This document shows positions 49,595 through 59,716 of a stretch of DNA of 64,000 bases, piece after piece (the stretch's first letter is position 1; every line of letters begins with the position of its first letter). The DNA is from an uncultured Thermoplasmatales archaeon (GTDB lineage Archaea; Thermoplasmatota; E2; DHVEG-1). The stretch is taken from NCBI GenBank assembly GCA_964347865.1, contig CAYGAC010000044.1, forward strand, positions 105,206-169,205. Direction: 5' to 3'. Below the pieces are notes generated by a model. It searched no databases. It was not told the origin of the DNA and saw nothing but the letters and a program-made list of their open reading frames with translations. A program made the position numbers and the translations under genes.

Positions 49595-50230
49595 TTATTC
49601 TACAAGTTCTATTAATTCTGACAATCTTTCAATGGTATAATCTGATTCTATTTTAATACCGACAACAGTACAACCTGCTGCTTTTCCTGCTTGAACATCA
49701 CTTTCTGTATCCCCTATTAAAAGTACATTTTCAGGAGAAGTATGCAAACGTTCACAAGCCGCATAGATAATTTCTGGATCTGGTTTCGCTTTTTGTACTT
49801 CATCACTAGTTATTACAAGGGAAAAATATGTTTCGATATCAAATTTCTTTAATATTTGTTTAGTGCAATCTTTTGGAGTGTTTGTAATTATTGCTTTTAT
49901 ATATTTATTTAATTTTAGTAAAGTGTCTTTAGTATCATTATAGATGTTAACTCTATCTAAATGTTCGCTATATACAAGGTTACAAAAATTGCCAATATTC
50001 GGATTAAGTTTCATTTTTCTTAGATTATCTCTAAGATCGTGTCCCCAATATTTTTTAATAAACTCATTTTTACTAATTTCTTTGTGATTAAAGGCTTTAA
50101 GAGCTTGATTTAGAGCATTCCACCACGAATCTAATGAATCTATTAGAACTCCATCCATATCAAAAAAGATTGCACTTGGTTTTATCTTCATAATATTGCT
50201 TCCAGAAAGAAGTATTATAGAATATAACAA
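49595..50230 (-). CDS. HAD-superfamily hydrolase (phosphatase/beta-PGM subfamily)
   Basis: Motif I IFFDMDGVLIDS. Motif IV LLIGDTESDVQAGKAAG. Confidence 0.75.
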   Translation of the reverse strand: MLYSIILLSGSNIMKIKPSAIFFDMDGVLIDSLDSWWNALNQALKAFNHKEISKNEFIKKYWGHDLRDNLRKMKLNPNIGNFCNLVYSEHLDRVNIYNDTKDTLLKLNKYIKAIITNTPKDCTKQILKKFDIETYFSLVITSDEVQKAKPDPEIIYAACERLHTSPENVLLIGDTESDVQAGKAAGCTVVGIKIESDYTIERLSELIELVE

Positions 50231-50271
50231 AAATCTTTCTTATAGAATATTGTTTAAATATTGTAATTATT

Positions 50272-50685
50272 ATGATTTTTATGCACGAGTTGAACATCCG
50301 CTCTAACGCAAGAAATGAGATGATAGATATAACAGACAATATACAAATGGAAATAGAAAAAGAGGAAATCAAAGACGGTTATGTCATTATTTATGTACCC
50401 CATACAACTGCAGGTATAACAATAAACGAAGGCGCAGATCCTAATGTTCAGCGTGATTTAATTAATCAATTAAAAAAGATTGTACCTGAAACAGGTGATT
50501 ACTCTCATATGGAAGGTAATAGCGATGCACATATAAAGGCGAGTATATTAGGTTCTTCTGCCATAGTTTTAGTTAGAAATAGAAAACTTGTCTTGGGCAC
50601 TTGGCAGCATATATTTTTTTATGAAGGAGATGGACCTCGAAATAGGAAAGTCAACCTAGATATAATATCATATAAACAATCCTGA
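50272..50685 (+). CDS. YjbQ/UPF0047 family protein (secondary thiamine-phosphate synthase-like)
   Basis: GYVIIYVPHTTAGITINEGADPNV and LVLGTWQHIFFYEGDGPRNR are characteristic. 137 aa. Confidence 0.65.
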   Translation: MIFMHELNIRSNARNEMIDITDNIQMEIEKEEIKDGYVIIYVPHTTAGITINEGADPNVQRDLINQLKKIVPETGDYSHMEGNSDAHIKASILGSSAIVLVRNRKLVLGTWQHIFFYEGDGPRNRKVNLDIISYKQS

Positions 50686-50707
50686 GTGAGATGCATATTC
50701 ATCAAAA

Positions 50708-51046
50708 TTATTCCTCATCTGAACATGAATCACATTCGAGTGGAAAAACTCCTCTAGATATAAAAATTTTACAAATTCTGCATGTTTCAGGTACTACAGA
50801 CGATCCTCCATTTTTAATAATTAATTCTGCAGATTTATTGATTTCCGCTAGTATGGATTCATCGACAATCTTTATTTTACCTCGTTTTTTTGATAAATAC
50901 TGACACACTGCTGCCGGAGTTAATCCGAGTTTTATTGCAGTTTCCTTTTGGTTCAATCCATAATTTTTAATCATACTTTCGGCGATTTCTTTTCTGATCA
51001 CCGGTAATCCATTCCACATCATGTATTCGCAAGGGGTATTTTTCAT
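50708..51046 (-). CDS. putative transcriptional regulator (HTH plus C-terminal Cys4 Zn-ribbon)
   Basis: HTH-like QKETAIKLGLTPAAVCQYLSKKRG. C-terminal CRICK...CDSC. Confidence 0.4.
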   Translation of the reverse strand: MKNTPCEYMMWNGLPVIRKEIAESMIKNYGLNQKETAIKLGLTPAAVCQYLSKKRGKIKIVDESILAEINKSAELIIKNGGSSVVPETCRICKIFISRGVFPLECDSCSDEE

Positions 51047-51197
51047 AAGCTTAAAACAATCTTTATATACTTATAATTAACGGCCGTTAATAAACTATAT
51101 ATAATCTATAAAATTTTGATTTAATTAAAGTAAAATTTTGAAAAAAAATACAATAGAAAAGTTTAAATATTGAAGCTGTATTAACAATTGTTAATTG

Positions 51198-51229
51198 GAG
51201 ATGTAAAACAGGGGATTTTTTTACATCTC
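51198..51229. other. perfect 11-bp hairpin GAGATGTAAAA/TTTTACATCTC nested in element copy C
   Basis: Seen directly. The loop is CAGGGGATTT. Confidence 0.4.
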
Positions 51230-51266
51230 ATCCTTTCCTCCCTTCCTCACCAACCTTTACCCCTGT
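51206..51266. repeat. stem-enclosed pyrimidine-core element, copy C (ACAGGGG ... CCCCTGT enclosing CATCTCATCCTTTCCTCCCTTCCTCACC)
   Basis: Inverted repeat at 51208-51214 and 51260-51266. Loop core shared with copies A and B. Lies in a divergent intergenic region. Confidence 0.45.
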
Positions 51267-51378
51267 ATAATTTACGTCTCCATTTATCCAATTTTTGGAT
51301 TGAATTTTAGAATCAGAAAAAACATATTCAAAAATAATTTAATATTTAATATAATATCAAAGTTAGATTTAATACAAG

Positions 51379-52011
51379 TTGATATTTATGGATGATCTGA
51401 TACATAAAATCGAATCTTTAAAAAATAATGAAATAGGAGAATTAGTCAATAAAAGGATAATAGATTTTAAAAATGTAAATAAAGAATCAATGTATGAATT
51501 ATTTAATGAATTGTGTTTTTGTATTCTCATAGCAAATTTTAATGCTGAAAAGAGTATAAATATTCAAAATGAAATTGGGGATTCTTTTTTTACTCTATCT
51601 GAAGGAGATTTAGCAAAAAAGCTTAAAAATCTTGGTTATCGCTTTCCAAACACAAGAGCAAAATATATTTCAGAATCATCATTATATAAAGAGTTGGTGC
51701 AAAAAAATGTTACATCGCTTGAAGGTGAGCGTTTACGAACATGGTTAGTTAACAATATTAAGGGATTTGGCTACAAAGAGGCAAGTCATTTTCTGAGAAA
51801 TATTGGGTTTGATGATTATGCTATAATCGATTTTCACATTATAGATATTCTAGTTAGATATGATTTAATTAAAAAACCAAAAACAATAACCGGAAAAAAA
51901 TATTTAGAGATTGAAAAAATATTAAAAAAAATCGCTAAAAAATCAGATCTAAATTTAGCTGAACTTGACCTTTATTTATGGTATATGAAAACAGGCAAAA
52001 TATTGAAATAA
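51379..52011 (+). CDS. ogg: N-glycosylase/DNA lyase, archaeal Ogg2-type 8-oxoguanine DNA glycosylase (HhH-GPD)
   Basis: HhH motif IKGFGYKEASHFLRNIGFDDYAIID with catalytic Lys/Asp spacing. The size, about 210 aa, matches Ogg2. Confidence 0.6.
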   Translation: MIFMDDLIHKIESLKNNEIGELVNKRIIDFKNVNKESMYELFNELCFCILIANFNAEKSINIQNEIGDSFFTLSEGDLAKKLKNLGYRFPNTRAKYISESSLYKELVQKNVTSLEGERLRTWLVNNIKGFGYKEASHFLRNIGFDDYAIIDFHIIDILVRYDLIKKPKTITGKKYLEIEKILKKIAKKSDLNLAELDLYLWYMKTGKILK

Positions 52012-52033
52012 TCAATTTCTATAAGCCCACTAA

Positions 52034-53197
52034 ATGAATAAAATCGATCCAATTTGCGGGATGAAGGGGACCATCCCAGCACACGGTCATTATTTTTGCA
52101 GTGAGCATTGCATCAGGAAATATGAGGAGCAACACGAAATTCCAGATGAAAAAAAGTATTGCCCAAGTTGTGCAGTAAAAGCAGGTATACCTTGGTATAA
52201 AGAAAAATTATTTATTGTAATATCAATAGCTATAATATTTCTTATATTTGGATATTTTTTAGATCCTGAAAAAAGATATTTCAATGCATTTATTGACTAT
52301 CTTGAATTGATCTGGTGGGCTATTTTAATCGGTTTTTTAATAGGTGGTACTATTGATTACTTTATTCCTAGACAATATATTGAAAAGTACCTATCAAGAC
52401 ACAGAAAACGAACAATCATCTATTCAATCGTATTTGGATTTTTAATGAGTGCATGCTCTCATGGAATTTTAGCTATAGCTATAGAATTGTATAAAAAGGG
52501 AGCAAATACGTCATCAGTGATTGCTTTCCTTCTTGCATCACCGTGGGCAAATCTTCCGATAACGATACTTTTATTCGGATTTTTTGGTGCTAAAGCAGCT
52601 TATATTGTGGTATCATCTCTTATAATTGCTACAATAACTGGTTTAATTTATCAACGACTTGAACGACACGGAATGGTGGAATGTGAACAATGTAAACTAG
52701 GAGAAGATAAACCAGTATTAACTGATTTTTCTATAATAAAAGATATCAAGAAACGTTGGAAGAACTACAAGTTTAATGCGAAAAACAATATTGCTGCACT
52801 AAAAGGGGTTGGAATAGGATCATGGTCTTTATCAAAAATGGTACTCTGGTGGCTTCTTATTGGAATGATAATGGCCTCATTCGCACGTGCATTTATTCCA
52901 CAACATCTTTTTGAACAATATATGGGACCAACAATAATTGGATTACTAGTAACACTATTATTTGCAACGATTATTGAAGTTTGTTCAGAAGGCAGTTCCC
53001 CACTTGCTTTTGAAATATTCAATAAAACGGGTGCGTTTGGGAACAGCTTTACTTTTTTAATGGCTGGAGTTGCCACAGATTATACTGAAATCGGATTAAT
53101 ATGGCACAATATAGGGAGAAAAGCTGCACTCTGGCTTCCAATTATTACAGTACCTCAGATCTTAATTTTAGGTTTTATATTTAATGTACTCCTATAA
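52034..53197 (+). CDS. permease (DUF318/UPF0718-like, two 4-TM halves) with an N-terminal YHS/TRASH metal-binding domain
   Basis: N-terminal DPICGMKGTIPAHGHYFCSEHC (YHS consensus DPVCGM...C..C), then a second CPSC, then 8 TM with an internal CEQCK loop. Confidence 0.5.
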   Translation: MNKIDPICGMKGTIPAHGHYFCSEHCIRKYEEQHEIPDEKKYCPSCAVKAGIPWYKEKLFIVISIAIIFLIFGYFLDPEKRYFNAFIDYLELIWWAILIGFLIGGTIDYFIPRQYIEKYLSRHRKRTIIYSIVFGFLMSACSHGILAIAIELYKKGANTSSVIAFLLASPWANLPITILLFGFFGAKAAYIVVSSLIIATITGLIYQRLERHGMVECEQCKLGEDKPVLTDFSIIKDIKKRWKNYKFNAKNNIAALKGVGIGSWSLSKMVLWWLLIGMIMASFARAFIPQHLFEQYMGPTIIGLLVTLLFATIIEVCSEGSSPLAFEIFNKTGAFGNSFTFLMAGVATDYTEIGLIWHNIGRKAALWLPIITVPQILILGFIFNVLL

Positions 53198-53217
53198 GTT
53201 ATGTTTTAAGGATATAA

Positions 53218-53922
53218 ATGAAATATATAGAGATTATTAATAAACTAAAATCCAAGTCAAATCCTGATGCAGTTGCTGGTATGGCGCGTTATGGTATCAG
53301 TTCTAAAAATAATCTGGGGATATCAATTTATTGGTTTAGAAACTATGCAAAAGACATTGGAATAGATCACAAACTGGCATTGAAACTCTGGGATTCTGGT
53401 ATCCATGACGCTCGATTACTAGCTTGTTTTGTCGACGATCCTACGAAGGTTACTGATGAGCAAATGGATAGTTGGGCAAAAGATTTTGATTCGTGGGATA
53501 TTTGTGATCAAGCATGTACAAGTCTTTTTGACAAAAATTCTCTTTCATGGAAAAAAGTCTTTGAGTGGGCAGAACGTGATGAAGAGTTTGTTAAACGTGG
53601 TGCTTTTTCATTAATTGCTGGTTTATCCGTTCATGATAAAAAAGCTAGTAATGTAAAATTTGAGCAATTTTTTCCACTAATAAAAAAGCATTCAATTGAT
53701 GATCGTAATTACGTTAAGAAAGCTGTTAACTGGGCACTAAGAAATATTGGTAAGCGCAATTTAATACTAAATAAACTGACAATAAAATTATCTCAAGAGA
53801 TTCTTAAAATTGATTCAAAATCTGCTAAGTGGATTGCTTCTGATGCAATGAAAGAATTGAGGAGCGAAAAAATACAGGTTAGACTTCAAAATAAAAATAA
53901 AAAAATAAGGAATTTTTCTTAG
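53218..53922 (+). CDS. DNA alkylation repair protein (AlkD/AlkC-like HEAT-repeat glycosylase family)
   Basis: 234 aa and helical. N-terminal region (KSKSNPDAVAGMARYGI...WFRNYAKDIG) and Trp/Asp spacing resemble the AlkD family. Confidence 0.5.
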   Translation: MKYIEIINKLKSKSNPDAVAGMARYGISSKNNLGISIYWFRNYAKDIGIDHKLALKLWDSGIHDARLLACFVDDPTKVTDEQMDSWAKDFDSWDICDQACTSLFDKNSLSWKKVFEWAERDEEFVKRGAFSLIAGLSVHDKKASNVKFEQFFPLIKKHSIDDRNYVKKAVNWALRNIGKRNLILNKLTIKLSQEILKIDSKSAKWIASDAMKELRSEKIQVRLQNKNKKIRNFS

Positions 53923-53937
53923 ATTAAAATTTTTAAA

Positions 53938-54105
53938 TTATTCGCTTATAGCTTCAGCAGGGCATTCCTCAATACATGTGCCACAGTCAATGCAATTTTC
54001 TTCATCGACTGCTGCTGTTTCATCAACTTTTATTGCTTCGACTGGACAAGCTTCTTCACATGCTCCACATGCTGTACATTTTTCTTTATCTATTGTTACT
54101 GCCAT
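53938..54105 (-). CDS. fdx: 2x[4Fe-4S] ferredoxin (55 aa, absent from the ORF track)
   Basis: Minus-strand translation MAVTIDKEKCTACGACEEACPVEAIKVDETAAVDEENCIDCGTCIEECPAEAISE*. Two CxxCxxCxxxCP motifs. Confidence 0.75.
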   Translation of the reverse strand: MAVTIDKEKCTACGACEEACPVEAIKVDETAAVDEENCIDCGTCIEECPAEAISE

Positions 54106-54184
54106 TTATTATGACCTCTTGGGACCGGATTATGGTTTTCATATTTATTTTTTATTGTTATTGAAAACAAATATACTAATTTAT

Positions 54185-55459
54185 TTACTGTTTTGAAGCA
54201 ATTGCTGACTGAAATGACGGTGTTAACATCTTAAAAGACGCGATAAAAGCTATAAAAATACAACCAGCTGACACTACAAAAGCCAAAACACCAACACTTT
54301 CATATAAAATACCACCTATAACCAACCCAATTATACTCGAAAGACTTCCAAAACTCCCAGCAAATCCTTGAACCGAACCTTGATAACGACGATCTGCAAT
54401 CTTCGAAAGTACCGAAAGTACCGAGGGCCACATCAATCCATTACCTATTGCAAATAGTGTTGCTGCAAAATACAGCAAACGATAATCAAAAAAGATAAAC
54501 AAAAGAAAATTAAACCCTAGAATAAAATTTCCAATTAAAATCAGATAAGGTTCAGATACAAACTTCGATACACGAGATAATACTGGACCCTGAACAATCA
54601 CCATTATAAAACTTAAAACCGCAAAAAAAATTCCTAATTCTGCAATCGACCATCGTAAGGTAAGTGCAGAATGAATTGGAAATGATGTATAGAAAATATT
54701 AAAGGCCAGATAGATAATAAAATATAACATCAAAAAATATGGGATATATTTAAGTGTCAGAATAGTTTTAAATTGGATTTTCTGAACACTTTGATTAATT
54801 GCACAGTCTTTTATTTCCTGACCAAAAATCCTCCGTATTGATCGTCCATTAAATATTCTTTGTTCTACACATGGACGAGACTCTTTTAACCATAAAGCAA
54901 TAACAAGCAATGCTGAAAATGAAATTAAAAAAGCTGCAATAACTGGAATCACTTCTCCATATCTAGTTCCTCCTAATAATCCAGCTAGAGCAGGTCCTAA
55001 AATAAATCCAAGATTTGCTGATACGGCCATCTTTCCATAATTTGCATTTCGATCTGCATCAGAGGTAATATCCGCAATATAAGCATTAGCAACTGAAATA
55101 TTTCCCCCCGTAATACCATCCAATGCACGGGCAATAAATAAAATCAACAATGGAATGGTGATGATAAACATCCCAAATACACTTGAGTTTACCTCGAAAA
55201 GGGCAATAATTGGAATATATAAAGCAATAAGAAAAAGAATCCATGCTGCAGTAGTTCCTGCTTGACTGAGAAATAGTATCTTTTTTCTCCCATATATATC
55301 AGACCATCGGCCAAGAACCGGTGAACCTATTAACTGAAAAAGCGGGTACATTGCTCCCATTAATCCAAAAATGAGAGCGTTTCCACCAAACCGAGTCACT
55401 AGAAATACCAAAAAAGGTAAAACTATGCTGAATCCAAGAGTACCTATGAAATTTATCAA
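54185..55459 (-). CDS. MFS transporter
   Basis: 12 TM. The MFS loop motif is GRWSDIYGRKKIL, after TM2. Confidence 0.75.
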   Translation of the reverse strand: MINFIGTLGFSIVLPFLVFLVTRFGGNALIFGLMGAMYPLFQLIGSPVLGRWSDIYGRKKILFLSQAGTTAAWILFLIALYIPIIALFEVNSSVFGMFIITIPLLILFIARALDGITGGNISVANAYIADITSDADRNANYGKMAVSANLGFILGPALAGLLGGTRYGEVIPVIAAFLISFSALLVIALWLKESRPCVEQRIFNGRSIRRIFGQEIKDCAINQSVQKIQFKTILTLKYIPYFLMLYFIIYLAFNIFYTSFPIHSALTLRWSIAELGIFFAVLSFIMVIVQGPVLSRVSKFVSEPYLILIGNFILGFNFLLFIFFDYRLLYFAATLFAIGNGLMWPSVLSVLSKIADRRYQGSVQGFAGSFGSLSSIIGLVIGGILYESVGVLAFVVSAGCIFIAFIASFKMLTPSFQSAIASKQ

Positions 55460-55916
55460 AAGGATGGGAAATATTGAAATTGACTTCTTTCCACTATCAG
55501 AAATATCTGATAAAACCGTTGGTTTTCACCTGAATTGTATTATAATACAACCCATTATTAAAACTTCGATTTATTGAAGTATCCATTCTACTATTGATTC
55601 TGTCATATCCAACTTATAGAAATTTTATATCGTCGATTGGTAAAAGTATATATAATTATATATATTTGAAGGATTTATTGGTTATGTTTTACATAAGTAC
55701 ATTACTAAGAAAATTATCAGCACGTATAGAAATCATTCCACATAATATTGGCTTTACAACTATTACAAATATCTATTTCATCTGGTTGTAATTCATCACT
55801 ACAAATAACACAGAATCTAGTCATTTTTCTTTTTCTTAATATTTTGAAACCACTCTGTTTCATCCCAAATTTTATATGGAGTTCAAATCTTATTATTCAT
55901 ATCTATCTAAGTTTTT

Positions 55917-57533
55917 TCATGTACTATATAACATCAAAATATCTAGGATCTTTGGTAGTATTTGAAAATTCTTCAATTGCCTTAAGAATAACATATTATA
56001 ACTTTTAACATATGGATAAGGTTCAATAATAGAACCATTTAGTGAGGCAATTGCTACATTTCCTGCTTTGTCAAAATGATAGAACCAAAACGTATGTTTC
56101 CTAAAAGCTTCAGACCATTGAAGTGTAAAAACATAGTCTGGACCTGAACCATTTATGATTTGATGTAATCCATTGTTGAGATACATCTCAACTCGATCCA
56201 TTCCCGATGTTGCATCAGTTGCTGAGGTAGTGAAATCTACATACCAGAATCCTCCCTTCTTATAAGTATCCCATTGAATCTCAGCTATTACCGGTGGTGT
56301 TAAATCTAAATCAAAGAAGAATTCGTTGGTTGATTCTACATTTCCGACATTGTCAACCGCAAGGTATTGAATTATAAGACTTTCAACTAATTCAAATATT
56401 ACTGTCACGTAGTCTCCTAGAATAAAATGTGGACCACCATTTATTCCGTATTGTATCTCCTTTACATCAGATAAAAAATCAATTGCCACAATTGTAATAT
56501 TGATGTAGCTTCCGATACCATAGTTTATCCATTCAGACATGGGGGGATCAAAAAAATGTATGGTAATCGGAGGAGTGTCATCAACTCCAATAAACATAGA
56601 TTTTATATTGTTATTAGGATACTCATCAGTATCAAGTGACACATTAATCTCCAACAGATAAACACTTTCATAAGCAAAATTCCAGTTGTTAAAATAAACA
56701 GTAGTTTCATTGCCAGAATTAAGTTGATTTATGGTGACATTATCATGATAAACTATAGTTTCGTTGTAAAAAATCTTAGCTGTTACAGAAAGATTTGTTT
56801 CATTATATGAACCATAGTTTTTGACAATAGCTTCAACTGCTTGAACTCCAGATTGTAAAAATAAAATATCTTGGTCCTGTGGTTTAATTCCTGCCTTTAT
56901 ACACCAGTTTCGATCTATACCAAGGTCAGTAAGTTCTTTCCAAGATTCCGAAATATTGATCCAATCGCCTTTCCCTTTAATAGCTGATTTTTCATCATTA
57001 CCAACAGGTAATTCAAATATTGAACAATTAGCCTCTACTGAGATCCATACATCTTGTTCTCCATCGAGTGTGATTGGGTTTGACAAGTTTATTTTAAACC
57101 ATCCTTCACCTGTGACATTAAAAGGTTCTAAAGTAATTAATGGCCCAGGTGATGTTGGTTTTCCAGGACCGTAGATTTTAATAAAACCAGTATGTGTCTC
57201 TGAATAGTTAGTATCATGGAAGAATTTTACTGTGGAGAGATTCCAACCCCCGTAATCACCTATTTCCGATTTTGTAATTCTTATTGCTGCTTCAAATTGA
57301 TTTTCATATGTAATACTCCAATTACGCGGATGATAATGACGGTGAAAAAAAACCCAAATATTATCTCCAAAATAACCAGAAGGTTTAGTAATATTTTTGA
57401 TACCAACATCATGATTATATGACATATAATCTAATGCGAAATTATTGTAACTCAACATCATTCCTGTACAAGGAATAACACTTAGTCCTATACACAACAG
57501 CATTATAACAAAGGTTATGATTTTTTTTATCAT
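55917..57533 (-). CDS. secreted protein with CARDB/Ig-like beta-sandwich domains
   Basis: Signal peptide. N-glycosylation-sequon-rich (NxS/T). Repeated beta-sandwich-like segments. Confidence 0.35.
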   Translation of the reverse strand: MIKKIITFVIMLLCIGLSVIPCTGMMLSYNNFALDYMSYNHDVGIKNITKPSGYFGDNIWVFFHRHYHPRNWSITYENQFEAAIRITKSEIGDYGGWNLSTVKFFHDTNYSETHTGFIKIYGPGKPTSPGPLITLEPFNVTGEGWFKINLSNPITLDGEQDVWISVEANCSIFELPVGNDEKSAIKGKGDWINISESWKELTDLGIDRNWCIKAGIKPQDQDILFLQSGVQAVEAIVKNYGSYNETNLSVTAKIFYNETIVYHDNVTINQLNSGNETTVYFNNWNFAYESVYLLEINVSLDTDEYPNNNIKSMFIGVDDTPPITIHFFDPPMSEWINYGIGSYINITIVAIDFLSDVKEIQYGINGGPHFILGDYVTVIFELVESLIIQYLAVDNVGNVESTNEFFFDLDLTPPVIAEIQWDTYKKGGFWYVDFTTSATDATSGMDRVEMYLNNGLHQIINGSGPDYVFTLQWSEAFRKHTFWFYHFDKAGNVAIASLNGSIIEPYPYVKSYNMLFLRQLKNFQILPKILDILMLYST

Positions 57534-57632
57534 CTTTTGCCTCCCTACATTTTCACATATACGTTATAATATATAAATTTTCGTAACAGATAAACAAATA
57601 TATCAGTTCTGCATTATAATTGATGGGGGAAA

Positions 57633-58785
57633 ATGAAAAGAATCCTTGCTATCGGCGTAATCCTTCTGTTTATTGGAATGAGTCTATCGTCATCCACTGG
57701 GTTTAATGTTGTAGAGCAGTCTAATACTACATCTTCTAATGGTAAAACGCTCTATGTTGGTGGTTCAGGTCCAGGGAATTATTCCAAGATACAGGATGCG
57801 ATAGACAATGCATCTTATTGGGATACGGTGTTTGTGTATAATGGAACGTATTATGAGAATATTGAAGTGTATAAATCAATAAACCTTGTTGGAGAAAATA
57901 ATAATAAAACGATTATTGATGGCAGTGATGGTGGACCTGTTGTTAAACTATCATTTGACAAGGTAAATATCAGTGGATACTATCCAGCAATCTTTTTTAG
58001 ATGCAACTTATGGTACAGGGATTGATATTTACTCAAATTATAACACCGTCTTCGGTAATATCATCTCAGAAAATAATGCTGGCATATATTTAGGAGCAGC
58101 TCATCACAACATCATCTCAGGTAATACCATATGCTCAAACAACCACGAAGGTATTCTTGTAGGGAATTCCAATAACAACATTATCACAGGTAACAAAATA
58201 TACTCAAATAAATATTGGGGCATTACCGTTGGATATGGTAGTAAAAACAATACTATAATTGATAACCACATCTCCAACAGCAGTTGTGGTATATATCTAT
58301 TTTCTACATTATATAATAATATTAAGAGTAACACCATTCAACAAAATGGTCATAACGTAGATTATCCCAATTCTGCTCTTTATCTACGCTACGCTAAATA
58401 TAATTACATATCAAAAAATATCATTTGTAATAATAACATTGGAATTTTGCTGGTGGAGAAATGTAAATTCAACATAATTTCTCGTAATCATATTAATAAT
58501 AGTAATTCTAGTATTGATTACGGTTCTGGGTTTATGTTTATTTGGGAATCAATATTCAATATTATTAAAGAAAATAATTTCATTGAAAATAACCATAAAC
58601 CTACCTTTTATTCTGCATTAATGACCTGTTTTATTGCTGTTCTTTGGCGTAATAATTATTGGGATGACTGGAGAGGATATGGACCTTATGTTATAACAGA
58701 AAAAATGTTGATTGGATCCATTCCAATATCTTGGTTTAATTTCGATTGGCATCCTGCATCAGAACCCTATGACATAGAGGTGTGA
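57633..58785 (+). pseudogene. secreted parallel beta-helix protein split by a +1 frameshift near 57975 (paralogue of 47211..48194)
   Basis: ORFs 57633..58025 and 57973..58785 are in different frames. The join KVNISGY|TIQQSF aligns with the paralogue's FLINFTIMNS. PbH1 repeats continue throughout. Confidence 0.5.
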
Positions 58786-58786
58786 T

Positions 58787-59707
58787 ATGAAGAAAGAAAT
58801 CCTTATTGCAATTGGAATAACAATCCTGTTTATTGGTGTAGGTATTCAACCAGCTTGTGCAAATGTTTCATTAGATTTGGATAATTCTGAATTTAAAGAA
58901 ATTATTTTTCAAATATGTAAAACTGATTCTATTACAAATCATTCTATTATGATATCACAGCAACAATCAGATGAATTAGAGTTTCTTATTTATAATTTTA
59001 AAGAAAAAATTGATTCTGCTGATACATTTGAACAAACTATTGAAATTTATCAAGATATGATTGAATCATTAGACAGGATTGATTTATTACCAAAGGACTT
59101 AAGTGTAAAAAAAGCAGAAGAAATAGTAATTGATGGAAATAAAAAGACATTTGATACAATTTTAACTCCTTTAATTCTAAAAGGATTAGATCTTGGTATA
59201 GATAATAATTCGCTTTGTTTACTTTCAGGTGATACGACTGAAACAACAATACTTGGTCCATCAACAATTACATCCGCAATACTCTTTTTTCTTATTGTTG
59301 GATTACTTATCGAAATGGGTTTTAAATTCAAATTATTATTCTTTTTACATTGGTTGGTTGAACCAACAATGGCTATTGGATTAATTATTACAGTTCTTAC
59401 AGTTTTTTTCCCTTTAAAATCGTTTAATTTAATTGGATATGGTCGTTACATAGAACATCCATGGGGCAGTAGTGCTTATTATCCAGCTAAAGGATGGCTT
59501 AATACGTTTGGGATATTAGGAAAAAAAACTTGGAATGGACCCTTTTATGGTCAATATCAACCCTTTCCCTATCCTTTTGAAAATCTGTTTTATACAGGAA
59601 CAATTGGTTTTACAGGATTCAACATACTTAGATTTATTGATGATGATATAAGATGTTTCTCTATTGGAACAGCTATAAGTGTAAAAATTGGAGAACAACA
59701 TCCTTAG
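58787..59707 (+). CDS. signal-anchored membrane protein, tandem paralogue 1 of 4
   Basis: N-terminus MKKEILIAIGITILFIGV. A helical acidic region paralogous to 59717..60553. C-terminal KTWNGP module. Confidence 0.45.
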   Translation: MKKEILIAIGITILFIGVGIQPACANVSLDLDNSEFKEIIFQICKTDSITNHSIMISQQQSDELEFLIYNFKEKIDSADTFEQTIEIYQDMIESLDRIDLLPKDLSVKKAEEIVIDGNKKTFDTILTPLILKGLDLGIDNNSLCLLSGDTTETTILGPSTITSAILFFLIVGLLIEMGFKFKLLFFLHWLVEPTMAIGLIITVLTVFFPLKSFNLIGYGRYIEHPWGSSAYYPAKGWLNTFGILGKKTWNGPFYGQYQPFPYPFENLFYTGTIGFTGFNILRFIDDDIRCFSIGTAISVKIGEQHP

Positions 59708-59716
59708 GAAATTAAA

